This document shows positions 24,450 to 37,098 of a DNA stretch of 64,000 nt, piece after piece. How positions within the stretch are numbered: the first letter of the stretch is position 1; every line of letters starts with the position of its first letter. The notes under the pieces were generated by a model. It did not search any database, had not been told where the DNA came from, and saw only the letters and a list, made by a program, of their open reading frames with translations. The stretch lies in contig NIVC01000147.1 in the NCBI GenBank assembly GCA_002269645.1, forward strand, positions 1 to 64,000. The letters run 5' to 3'. The DNA comes from Macrostomum lignano. Its lineage: Eukaryota. Position numbers and translations under genes: made by a program.

Positions 24450-26534
24450 TACAAGAATATAGCACTGTCTAGAATATACAAGAATATGGCACTGTCTAGA
24501 GTGTACAAGAATATGGCACTGTCTAGAGTGTACAAGAATATGGCACTGTCTAGAGTGTACAAGAATATGGCACTGTCTAGAATGTACAAGAATATGGCAC
24601 TGTCCAGAATGTACAAGAATATGGCACTGTCTAGAATGTACAAGAATATGGCACTGTCTAGAGTGTACAAGAATATGGCACTGTCTAGAGTGTACAAGAA
24701 TATGGCACTGTCTAGAGTGTACAAGAATATGGCACTGTCTAGAATGTACAAGAATATGGCACTGTCTAGAATGTACAAGAATATGGCACTGTCTAGAATG
24801 TACAAGAATATGGCACTGTCTAGAATGTACAGGAATATGGCACTGTCTAGAATGTACAAGAATATGGCACTGTCTAGAATGTACAAGAATATGGCACTGT
24901 CTAGAGTGTACAAGAATATGGCACTGTCTAGAATGTACAAGAATATGGCACTGTCTAGAATGTACAGGAATATGGCACTGTCTAGAATGTACAAGAATAT
25001 GGCACTGTCTAGAATGTACAAGAATATGGCACTGTCTAGAATGTACAAGAATATGGCACTGTCTAGAGTGTACAAGAATATGGCACTGTCTAGAGTGTAC
25101 AAGAATATGGCACTGTCTAGAGTGTACAAGAATATGGCACTGTCTAGAATGTACAAGAATATGGCACTGTCCAGAATGTACAAGAATATGGCACTGTCTA
25201 GAATGTACAAGAATATGGCACTGTCTAGAGTGTACAAGAATATGGCACTGTCTAGAGTGTACAAGAATATGGCACTGTCTAGAGTGTACAAGAATATGGC
25301 ACTGTCTAGAATGTACAAGAATATGGCACTGTCTAGAATGTACAAGAATATGGCACTGTCTAGAATGTACAGGAATATGGCACTGTCTAGAATGTACAAG
25401 AATATGGCACTGTCTAGAATGTACAAGAATATGGCACTGTCTAGAATGTACAAGAATATGGCACTGTCTAGAATGTACAAGAATATGGCACTGTCTAGAA
25501 TGTACAAGAATATGGCACTGTCTAGAATGTACAAGAATATGGCACTGTCTAGAATGTACAAGAATATGGCACTGTCTAGAATGTACAAGAATATTGCACT
25601 GTCTAGAATGTACAAGAATATGGCACTGTCTAGAATGTACAAGAATATGGCACTGTCTAGAATGTACAAGAATATGGCACTGTCTAGAATGTACAAGAAT
25701 ATGGCACTGTCTAGAATGTACAAGAATATGGCACTGTCCAGAATGTACAAGAATATGGCATTGTCTAGAATGTACAAGAATATTGCACTGTCCAGAGCGT
25801 ACACGAAAGGAAGCTGTCACACATTTAGAAAAGAATCATTCATTCACGGACACAAGAGATGAGCCGTGCATTCCTGGTCAATCTGTTTTTCTATTTACTT
25901 TTTCAAGACTTTGGCTATCTTAGCCTGGGATCTCCAGTTCATGGACTACCAATCTCTGCCGAATCTGTTAAGTGCGCAGACTGTTATTTCCCACCGAGAG
26001 TCGCTCGCATGCCTCCCCCCCCACAGCCCAGTTGCTGCTGCCAATTCCACGCAAAATGCTTCTAACCTTCAAGAAGTTTCTCCTGCGAACGCGGAAGAAT
26101 CCCAGTGTGCCTCGGCGCACTAATAGGTGACGCAGAAAAGATGCTGCTTTTAAGGACCGATGCTTGCGGTGTCGCTACATGGTTGGAATCCCAAGAAAAA
26201 CGGCTGCATTTGCCTGCTATTCTTGCATTACCTGTTTCAATTTAGCATTATTGATCTAACTGTTCTTCTCTTCTGCTCGTTAGGCCTGAAGCAGTTCTAG
26301 GCCAAACTGCGCACAATTGAATTCTATTTTTATAAAGCAGAAGAAACCTTTATGTCTTTTAGCTGATGATGATTTAGCTGCCCTACATTCTCTAAAAGAT
26401 TGTCCAGTGCAGGGGACGGTGTTTTAAGCAGGATCTTTGAGTGATGTCTGTCTTCTGTTCGGGTTGGTAAATAACTAAAATTTATTACAGCCAGCCTCCC
26501 TGCTATTGCGCACCACATCCTAAAGCTACTCTAT

Positions 26535-27385
26535 GGTGCGGTAGTCCGTGGTGTAGTAGTCTATGATGTGGTAGTCTATGGTATGGTAGCCGATGGTGTA
26601 GCAGTCTATGGTGTGGTAGTCTATGGTATGGTTGCCGATGGTGTGGTAGTCTATGGTGTGGTAGTATATGGTATGGTAGTCTATGGTGTGGTAGTATATG
26701 GTATGGTAGCCGATGGTGTGGTAGTCTATGGTGTGGTAGCCGATGGTGTGGTAGCCGATGGTATGATAGTCTATGGTGTGGTAGTGTGGTAGCCGATGGT
26801 GTGGTAGTCTATGGTGTGGTAGTATATGGTATGGTAGCCGATGGTGTGGTAGTCTATGGTGTGGTAGCCGATGGTGTGGTAGCCGATGGTATGATAGTCT
26901 ATGGTGTGGTAGTGTGGTAGCCGATGGTGTGGTAGTCTATGGTGTGGTAGTATATGGTATGGTAGCCGATGGTGTGGTAGTCTATGGTGTGGTAGCCGAT
27001 GGTGTGGTAGCCGATGGTATGATAGTCTATGGTGTGGTAGTGTGGTAGCCGATGGTGTGGTAGTCTATGGTGTGGTAGCCTATGGTGTGGTAGTCTATGG
27101 TGTAGTAGTCTGTGGTGTGGTAGTCTCTGGTGTGGTAGTCTGTGGTGTGGTAGTCTGTGGTGTGGTAGTCTATGGTGTGGTAGTCTGTGGTGTGGTAGTC
27201 TATGGTGTAGTAGTCTATGGTGCGGTAGTCTGTGGTGTGGTAGGTAGTTTATGGTGTGGCAGTGTATTTTGTGGTAATCCATAGTGTGGTTGTATATGGT
27301 GTGTAGTCTATGGTGTGGTAGTTTATGCTGTGGTAGTCTATGTTGCAGTAATATATGGTGTGGTAGTCTATGGTTTGGTAACCTA
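26535..27385. repeat. 15-bp minisatellite (TATGGTGTGGTAGTC), related to the 20-22 kb repeats
   Basis: Direct inspection. Confidence 0.9.
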
Positions 27386-27680
27386 TGAAGTACTTTCTGA
27401 TCGGCTGATTCATAGAATTAACAATTGATGTTTGTATGAGGCTACTTATAGAAATGTTTTCGCATGTGAAAAGAACAATTTACTTAGGCCTTCTAACTAA
27501 ATACTCTACACACACACAAGCCCTAAATAAATTTGGAACCAGGGGTCGTTTAGCGCGAGATTCAGACGCGTTTACCGCTCAGCTGCTCTGCCCTATGCTT
27601 CTTGACCAAATAAAATTTCATTCTTGGAAAAACTCAGCAAGCAATCTATAATTATGCTTGTCAATCGCCCCCTCCCACAG

Positions 27681-27796
27681 CCGTAACCAGCGTCAACGCC
27701 ACACCGCAGCACAAGCAGGCGACTTCCGGCTCTAGAGCCTTCGGCCGCTCCGTGCGACTCTTCCAGCTATGCTGCGGCCGGCGGAGACGGTCCTAA
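27681..27796 (+). CDS. Candidate terminal exon of the 18529 gene (AVTSVNATPQHKQ..FQLCCGRRRRS*)
   Basis: Pyrimidine tract CCCCCTCCCACAG acceptor; phase 1 matches the 19198 donor; GC-rich island in AT-rich DNA. Confidence 0.4.
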
Positions 27797-30736
27797 CAAC
27801 CCGGCCGCTAACCGCCCCGATCCCCGGCTCGCTTGACAACAGCTAGACAGGATAAGTGACGGGCTTTAAACTGCGCTTTAAACTGCCAAACTTACCGTAG
27901 TTCAAATCTTATTACCTGCGGTTATCAAATCCTTAAATTCCGCCGTCATATCTATCCGATCTGTCCCGTAAATGTTAAATATTGTGTAGTTATGATTTTG
28001 AATCTGTAAGAATTAAGCAAGCAGCAATTTACAGGTACGCTGTGGGTGTATAAAATTCCCTATTGGTACTGTAACAAGCGCATTTAACTTTCCAATGCGC
28101 GGCGCAGTTGGCTCACTCAGCTTTGCACGATAATGTTTTTGCATGAAAATATCTGCTTTAGAAATAATAATTCTCACTGTTAGAATCTCTTCTATTGACA
28201 GATAGGCGCTAGCTACTGTGCTTGTTTTTATAATTGCAAAGGATTTAGATAGGCCATATTTACCCGTTCCCTATCTTTATCTGCATTCCCATGTGCACAT
28301 GCTTAGCTCCTGAGCGGGTTGGAAGCGTCCTCCTCAATGTACATTATTTATCGATCGGTTTAGACTAGGGCGTGTATGTACATTATTCGTTTTCTATCCC
28401 CCCGTGAACGCCCCACAGCCAGCCAAGTCTGTCCCTTATACCCAGCATAGAAAGAGATTGTACATTGATCAATGTACATCTTTTGATCGAATTTTTAACC
28501 TCGATCTCATCGAAAGGGCAGTCTTAAACTATTTGCTCATAAGTAGTGTATATTGCGCAGAGATTCTCCTGATTTTGAACAAAACTATTCCTTCTTTCGA
28601 TCGATATATATTCATAATTTCGGAAGTGTATATAATTTGTTATATTCGTACAAATTTCCAGTCAAGAAAGCAGTGATGTACTTTTGTTTGGCCCATAGGT
28701 TGTGCAACCAATATTAAGCATATCACAGCCTATTTTGCTTAGAAGTCCAGTATTCTAGATAGATAACAGACACGCGCAAGAAGTTAAATAGCTTAGCTCG
28801 AATTGCGCTTGTCATTATAATTGTGTCAAAGTCGAATTCATTTATATTAGTGCTCGCCATCTCCCTCCATTTGTCTTGAATATCAGTCTCGCATAAAGGG
28901 ATGAAAAACTTCCATTGGGAGAAATCTCAGATCGGAGCTCCCGTCGATTTAATCGAAGGGTTCGGCTCGTGTTGAGTTGTCCCAGCGTGCGCTGAACTGC
29001 CGCGCTCTCAGCGATGAAGCTGGCAGGCAGCTGGGCAACTCGCGAGCGCCGTCTGACATTTCTATGGAAGTGTGGAAGCGTGAATAACCGGACCGGCTTC
29101 TTACTGGAGGCGAGGCAAAAGCAACATCGAATGAAAATCATCAATCCCTTTGATGAATAGCCATTATCGAAAAATTGTAGTGCTTTTAACAGTTTGTTTC
29201 GCCTGTCAGTTCTATAAAAATGTGAATTTCGTGTTCGTTACCAGCTGAAACCAGTTTCGATTTGCTAAACAATTAATTTATTGTAGTTTTCAAACTTTCC
29301 ATCGCTCTGCTCAAACAGATCTCTTGGATGGTCATGATATGTCATGATGGTCATGTATTTCCACTAATTCGACGAAAGTACGAGACCAGCCAATATAGCA
29401 TTCATTTAGGCACGATTTTCTGCTTTTTCAGTTTTTTTCTTCTTATTAATAATTTTCGTTTGAGAATTTTTGTCCGGCAAACAGCCTGTTAGCCAAAAGA
29501 GTTTTTTGTTTCGCCTGGTAAATGGGATTAAATTTATCATAGAACGGAGCACAAGCGCACAGCCTTGGAGAGTCTCTTCATGTTGTTGCTGTTGCTGTTG
29601 GTAAGCTGTTGTGCCACTGCATTTGCTTCTTTGATTACTGTGTGTGATGTTTTAATTTGCATCTCAACTTTGTTTAACTGGAAAGGTATACCTGCAGTTT
29701 TTATTAACGCATGTTGTTCCTCGTTGTCTTCAGAATGAACCACCTCAGGCGTTTTTTGAGCCCGCGTCACAGTTGCACAAAACGGACCTACATTTCAAAT
29801 ACGCTCGTACTTCACTCGCGAAAGTCACAAATTCAGATGATGTGATCTTTAAGTGTTTCTGAGTCATACACAATAAATACGCTCGTATTGCAGGATGCAG
29901 GATACTTGCAGTTGAATGCTTGAAAATAATCCAGACTTTAACTTTTCATTGCCTTTTAGCTAAATTACATATGTCCTTCGTTTTTTCATTGGAGGATTGA
30001 TCGTTTATCTTTGTGTATCCAAGGTTGACTTTGTGTATACCTTGATATTAGGGAATTATAATACCAGGATTTCGATTAGGCCTAAATCCCAGGATCACAA
30101 TTGAAAATCATAACCCAGTTGTCCTGCTTTGATTTATTGATCTTTTAAACATGCAGGCTTGTGAGTAGAAGGCTAGGGCTGCAGGGATGCAAAACGGGTG
30201 TTAGCAGATCGTAAGGAGATTTAAGGTGTAATAATGTATAGAACTTTAAGCAGTTCCTACCTTCAAAACTCCTTGGTCATAGTTGGGATTATAACAGTGG
30301 GACCTCGCTATCAGATCACAACCCAAGCTATCCAATTCTCCATTTGTAGGGCGGGTGCCTATGTGAAGATGAGGTCTCTGATCCCCTTCTACCCCTGGTA
30401 TCAGTACCTCGGGCCAGTAGCTCTGTAAGCTATCATTCCCCAGACATCACATTCAAGTGTGATGTTCCTGAGCATGTAAAAAAGCACATCTATTACGCCA
30501 GCCCGTACATCACACTCCAATTCAGAGCTCACTGGCAGTTTCTTGTTTGCAAAATATTTTACTCTGTTCTACTTTTATTATTGTAAGCCTTTTAAAATCA
30601 GATTAGATAGCTTTGTAATCCAAAATTGCACCAACCAAGATTAGAAGCTTTTCAAACCCACTAATGGCAAAACTCTGGATTTTGTACTCGCTACTTGATA
30701 TGCTCAATTATGAGCTGGTTTGTGCTGCCAGCACTA

Positions 30737-31155
30737 ACCGGCGTTTGTGTACATCGCCAACCCCCCGGCTTGCGCCCACCCCCCTCCCTCGGGAGGGTTT
30801 TTATGCCTGCGGGCTAGCTGAGTTTGTGTCTCGCTGCAATCGTTTGAGGCTACCGCAGCAGGGCCTGTTCACCATCTCTGGCGGTTCAGCCGGCAGCGCC
30901 TCTCTGACATCCCGGATGTTGGACGTGCAGTTCAAGTGCTGGCTCAATAAGGCGGGCATCAGCGCGGCAGGCTACTCCGTGCACAGCTTGCGGAGGGGTG
31001 CAGCCAAATGGGCGGCGCGTTTCGGTCTGTCAGTCAGGGAGATCCAGAGCGTGGGCGACTGGCGCAGCGACGCAGTGAACTGTTATTTGTCGCCGGGCGA
31101 TGCAGCTTTCGGCGCTGCTCGGAAGCTGGCGGTTGCTTTGCTTTCTAGGTGTTGA
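30737..31155 (+). mobile_element. C-terminal fragment of a DIRS/Ngaro-type tyrosine recombinase
   Basis: GYSVHSLRRGAA..IQSVGDWRSDAVNCY carries the H-x-x-R, W and Y catalytic positions; N-terminal part and first Arg are missing. Confidence 0.75.
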
Positions 31156-31685
31156 TCGCCTCCTGGCCCCTTTGCCTTTTGCGCGTTCCTTTTTCTTTGA
31201 TTTTCCTTTCGCGCCTGCTTTTGTTTGGTGTTGGGGGCTCCGTTGCCAGGCTCTCTCACCTCGTCTGCTCGCCAGCTCTGTGTCTTGTGTGTCCTTTGTT
31301 GAGGGGGCGGTGTGCACTTACAACGGATTAATGTGTCCTTACGTACGTCTGTCAAGGACACATTATGTCGTAATGATGGGTCCATAAGTACTTGACTTTT
31401 AAATGGGGTGACACGATCAGTGCTAATATGGAAAAAAACCCATGCATTTTCCTTGTTGAGAAAACACAGCACTCAAGCTGTTTAGTGTAGGAAAGCGCTC
31501 CTACTAACAGTTTTTTTATGGTTGAAAGAAGTTGGGAGAATCGTCTCAGTCCGATTGAGCTGGCTCTCCATATATCTTAGGGTCACGCCAACTCCTTCGT
31601 TAGAGGAGAACGGGTTAGTTAGAAGTTTTAGAAGTTAGAACTCCATCTCAATTAAATCCCATCCGTGAAACCCGAACAATGGCGG

Positions 31686-32015
31686 CAGGGGCGTCGCCAC
31701 CGAGGGGGACAGGGGAACATGTCCCCCCGAGTAAAAGATATGGGGGCATGCCAATGCTTAATTGTCTCCCCACCCCACCTTGTGACGGCCGTTATGGAAA
31801 TCAATAATTTTTCTGAAGGGCGACAAAACATAGTGCCTGCGGCGCCAAAATGAGTGCCTGTGGCGCTAAAGTGAGTGCCTGTGGCGCTAAAATGAGTGCT
31901 GACAACACCGATTTCTGAAAACAATGTACATGTAGGAATTTAGTCATGTACAGTATATGTACATGTAGAATTCTTGGCTTGTCCCCCCACCATAAAATCC
32001 ATGGCGACGCCCCTG
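31686..32015. mobile_element. MITE with TIR CAGGGGCGTCGCCA / TGGCGACGCCCCTG
   Basis: 14-bp TIR; flanks CAATGGCGG and CAATGGCGT (7-9 bp TSD depending on end choice). Confidence 0.8.
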
Positions 32016-35000
32016 CAATGGCGTATTGAATGGCGTACAATCGTAATCTTTATTCGAATCATTACGAGCGTACCAAGTATGAAATTGTGCTATTTTGTCA
32101 TTAAATACGAGCGTAAGTTCAAACCCCTCCTTAGCAGCTGATTGATTTTACCCTCTTTTTTCAATACAAATAAGGCAGTTACAGCTGTGTGCGAAAACTC
32201 ATCGTCAACCCTAGCCGCTACGATGATGGCTCTATCAAAATGTACATCTGATAAAAAAGTGTACGAGCGTAACAGGGCCAAAACTTTAATTGGAGCAGTC
32301 TCTCCAATTTTGTGGATCCAGCAAAGAGACTTTATATAAGACCTTTCAGGCGATAAATTTCAAACATCAATCCCTGTAAGAACAGGCACAGTCTACAATA
32401 GAAAATTCCGTTTTCTCTCGCTCAGCTATCTGATATCTCAGCTCAATCTCCCCGTACCTTATTCTTAAAACTCACCAATGCTTATACGCTCGTAGTTTGT
32501 TCACTCAGTGTATACGGCACTCAGTGTAATTTAAGTCTATGCATGGCCGACTACCCGAGTTGACTGAAATCTCGTCGGCCTTGCCCTTACACTCGCATTC
32601 CCTCCGCTGGAAAGAGAAACAGTACGTGCAGCGGTAGGCCGAAAATCCTACTTTTCTGCCTTTTAAGGATCTTAAAATACTGAGGATCTTGAGGATCTAA
32701 AAATGAGGATCTTAAAAAGGTGAGAAAAAATTAAATAGGCTATCTTCGGTTTTTCCATTTAAGTTTCAATGCTGATTTGCCAGTATTTTGGGAGGAGATC
32801 GATTTCCAACAGACAAACACGTCAATTTTAGAACGTTAGAGAAGAGTGAAGAGAGACGGAGATCGCAAGACAATAAATTAATAGTCTACTAAGTGTTTCG
32901 AGTGGTAAAATAAAATTTAATGATTAGAGCCAAATAAAAGTATGGGTCTAATCAAACGACCAACGGCGAGCAAAATAGAAAGGAAGTCAACCAACAGTAA
33001 AGTAAAGTAAGGTCGAAAGGTCTGTTTCGGCTTTTTACTGCTTTTCAACTTGATGCAGCTATAGATATGAATTACGGCATTTTTGAAGAGTATAACACAT
33101 CTGTTGTTCAAGATATAGTAGACAGCCCTCTTCTTAGGAAAAAAAATTGTGTGAGTCACTAGAAAAAAAAGTGTTAAATAATTTCGGAGCAGTGTAATTA
33201 TGTGAAATCTAAACGTTTTTTTACTGTACTGTAGCATTTCGGACCAAATTAAAAATTTTTGGCTTGCGCAGCGGGGGCTTAGCCTGTGCTTCGATTAGGC
33301 CTCTTAGTTCTCTTCGCGTGTTGTGAAATGCCGTCTCTGTTTTGACCACGTAGCGTACCGCTACCGGTATTGAATTCAACATTTAGGTTGTATAGAATCA
33401 GGACCACCATTCTGGTGTTGCCTTCACATTTGTTTTGGTTTGGCATAGGCAGACAGACATAGTTTGCCTATGCCTACCTATGTAGAATGTAGTAATAAAT
33501 GATTCATAATCTTAACCTCTATTATGGCATTCTCATAATCTAGTAGAAAGTATAAGTTGATAATAGGCCTATACGAATTGTTCATACTTGATTATTAGCA
33601 TAATAGTAAATATGCTAAGTAGGGGCCTAATATAATATAGTAAATAATCTATAATTAAGAACACTTTGTATCATTGTATGTACTCAAGAAAAAACTACCT
33701 ACATTTTTGTGTATACCAATGTAGTCATATTAAAGATAGGCCTACATTACCTTACAGTTACAAAGCTTATACAAAGCTCTAAATTATCAATTTTGAAATA
33801 TTACCATTAGATAGATGATTTTAGTATTTAATTTCAATTAGATTTAAAAACTGTGAATAATAGTTATATTTGCCATAGCCAGGGTCATGTAAACTATGTA
33901 TGCACTAAAGAATTTTTAGACAAAAATGAACAAGCTATCACTAGCTGCGTCTCAGCTACATCAAAATTTTAAACTAATGCCCCAAATGTGCTTATAATAA
34001 AATCTTATAGATCCATAGTGCGGAAGGATTTCTGTATACGACGGAAGGTAAATTTTCATTTTGGCCTGTTATACGACAGTACGACAGGGATTAGAAAATG
34101 GTACTAGTGTTGTACGACAGAGTTAGAGTTTAAGGAAGTGCTGTATGACAAAAATTCTTGATATTGCATTTTTTCAATATGCAAAGTAAAACAACAGATA
34201 TATTGTACTTTTCTGCTTGCAATGTCAAGTATAGTTTTGCGCCAATAAAATTGAATTAAGAGTTTGTACAAATATAATACTGATAATTTAAATTACCCTT
34301 TGAGTGGAAAAGTGCAACTATTAATTTTTACTTCTTTGCTTCAACGCAATACATTAACAACGACGTTATGAGTTATTTACGAGACTACGAGTATCTGGTA
34401 CTGGTGTCCGATTGTCCATCAAAGGAATACTATGTCTATACTTCACGTATGAGTCGTATGACATTGACAAGTGTACAACAGACAGACATGTAACATGTTT
34501 ACATGTACGACATAGCGCCCCCCAAAAATTAGCGATGTACGACATGTACGACAGGCGATCCCTGTGTACGACGGAGATTTCTGGCATATACCCGTCCTTC
34601 TGCACTATGGTTATAGATTATGGTCCAATAGTTATATCCCAAAAGATTTCAGCTCATTAAATAATACTTGCTTCATTTCTTAGGCAGTTTTATGAAATAA
34701 AACATGATTGTATGATTTAAAAAATCAATAGGCCCTACTAATCAAAATACATGTAGACTTGTCACATTTCATAATTTTGATCAAAACACAATTAGCACTG
34801 TTGATGGATTTCAACTTTACCTAACTAAGTATTCATAGCATTAGCACATTTGCTGAGTGCAACCAGCTTGTATTGTATACATAAGATATAGTAAATGCAT
34901 GCAATTAAATTGACCAGATTTTTCCAAATTTAAGAAATGTGCTAGTTTAACAAAATGAATACTTTTTTATTAGGAATATCAAACATTTTGTAAAGTATTT

Positions 35001-35293
35001 ATTATACAAATCATTTATATGATTTCTTTTTTATTATCATCAGTTTGGCATAATAAACTGGGGCACCAAAAAGCAATCTGGGGCACCTAAATGCTGGGCA
35101 CTAAAAAGCATAGGCACCAAAATGCATGGAAACTGAATTTTAACCATTACATAGGCTGCTTTATGTTGCGCTACTGCATCACAACTATACCATATTGCAT
35201 ATATATCAATATATTGAATTGAAAAGGCTTCTATTTGCTGGAGTTTTCTAGGCAAAAGGACATTGGTATATACATTCAAAGTTTAAGGTATTG

Positions 35294-35573
35294 AATTTCT
35301 AATCAAACAGTACAAAACTCATAAAAATCGGTTAAGCTATTTTTCTCTATTCTATCCTATCACATATAGATTATATATATATGTATATGCCTGCCGAGAT
35401 CTTGTTGCTAGCAGAGGCCATCAGCCTGATGGACCTTATCAAATTTGTTTATCCATCATTTGAGGCCTCGGCAGAAAGAGAGGTCTAATCTAATCAAATC
35501 ATATATATGTGCTAGATTAGAGAAAAATAGCTTAACCAATTTTTATGAGTTTTGTATTGTTTGATTAGAAATT
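35294..35573. mobile_element. MITE-like element with approx. 57-bp inverted termini
   Basis: AATTTCTAATCAAACAGTACAAAACTCATAAAAATCGGTTAAGCTATTTTTCTCT is mirrored at 35517-35573. Confidence 0.65.
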
Positions 35574-37098
35574 TTCCTGTAACAGTACATGTGTCTTGGC
35601 TAAGAAATTGCACAATGCTAAAGGAATTAAATATCAAAAAACATGCTTTTTAGCAAAGGTGAAGCAAACTTTTCAACTTGAAATGCATTGTAAGAATGCT
35701 AGAGAAAAAACTGACTGGTTGAATTCTGATTCTGAAATAGATTGCATTATAACTAAATTGTAATTCCAACTTAAATTGAAAATGCAATATGGAAGTGTAG
35801 CACCAGACTTGATTTAGATTGTGTAAACATATTGTTAACTGATACTGACTGACTAAGAAATTGATTGTCATAACTGCTTTGTGTGATTTACTCTTTACTT
35901 GGAGTTTAAGGTATTGAATTATATAGGTGCTAAATTTCATGCTATCAAAACAATAAGAGCTAACCTAGAGGTAAACAGACTGAACTGCTAAATGCAGCAA
36001 CAATGGTTCAAATATTCATAGAATAGAATTTTTTAATTAAAGCTTTTTAACAAAAAAAATAAAAATACTTTTTGAAAAAGTGTCATGTAAAAATCATGGA
36101 AGTGTCATGTAAAAATCATAAAAGTGTCATGGAATAATAAAAGAAGCATCATGTCAGACATAAAGGAAGTGTCATGTAAAAATCAAGAGAAGCATCATGT
36201 CAAAAATAAAAGAAGCATCACATAAAACTGTGCCGTAACTTTTGAGGAGAATTACTATGATATCAAGGCTCATGAAAATAACTGAGATGTAAAGGATTAA
36301 GGGGGAATTTCTGAGATGTCAAGGCAAAAGCCAAGGCAAACCCCACCAACCTTTTGTGTTTAACTATTCAACTCTAACAACTGAATATGTGATCTCAATT
36401 GCAATGGAAATCAATTATGAAAAACTTATCAATTGTATTAGTTGCTACCCATTCTCCACGTTCCTTTTTATTTCATGATACCAACAGCTTGACAACACTT
36501 AAATGTAACAAGGAATAGATTGCCCTGCTCTGAAATTGTTCATTAGGAGGCCTGTTTTGCGAGCGCGTGTGCACAGGTGGTCTTGTATTTCTGCATCTTA
36601 ATACACGGGCTATGTATATAGCTCATAAATCACATCTGATAGCATGATAGGGATAACAGTAATACTCGTAATTTACACCTGCCTTAATGAGCAGATGCCT
36701 TAATGAGCCGGAGCTATTGTGCAGACTTTATTTATTATCTTCAGCATTACCAGACATAGTTGGTTTTATATGATGAAGACATTTGTTTAATAAAATAATA
36801 CTATAAGTAGGAAATGAGGGCCCGTAACCATTTTCAGCCCAATTACTATAAAATTTTCTCACTGCCTGCCTAGAAACCCCTGTCTTGGAACTCCAAATCT
36901 ACCCACCCCAAGCTATCCAAAAAGTAAACTAGCTGTCATTTTCCTGTGGCCATCTTGGTGTGTGGCCGCTCATCTTAGTCTTACACCATGGCAAAAATGA
37001 ACATCAAATCCTAACTTAATAACTCGATTTGGTTAAATTGACTGAAATTACCTGAGTACCTGTACCTAACTTGAATTTCCAGGCTAAATATCTAGCAT

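Larger units (their letters stand above)
22394..25795. repeat. 27-bp satellite (AGAATGTACAAGAATATGGCACTGTCT), about 80 units, split by a mariner insertion
   Basis: Arrays 22394..23198 and 24450..25795. Confidence 0.97.

Noticed and set aside
22394-25795. CRISPR-like appearance of regular arrays here and elsewhere
   Set aside because: Units are directly adjacent with no unique spacers, there are no cas genes, and the context is eukaryotic.
22334-25862. Long ORFs (MALSRMYKN)n, (WHCLECTRI)n and (HILVHSRQC)n
   Set aside because: Translations of a 27-bp satellite that is open in most frames; a transposon sits inside it, and there is no sign of coding constraint.
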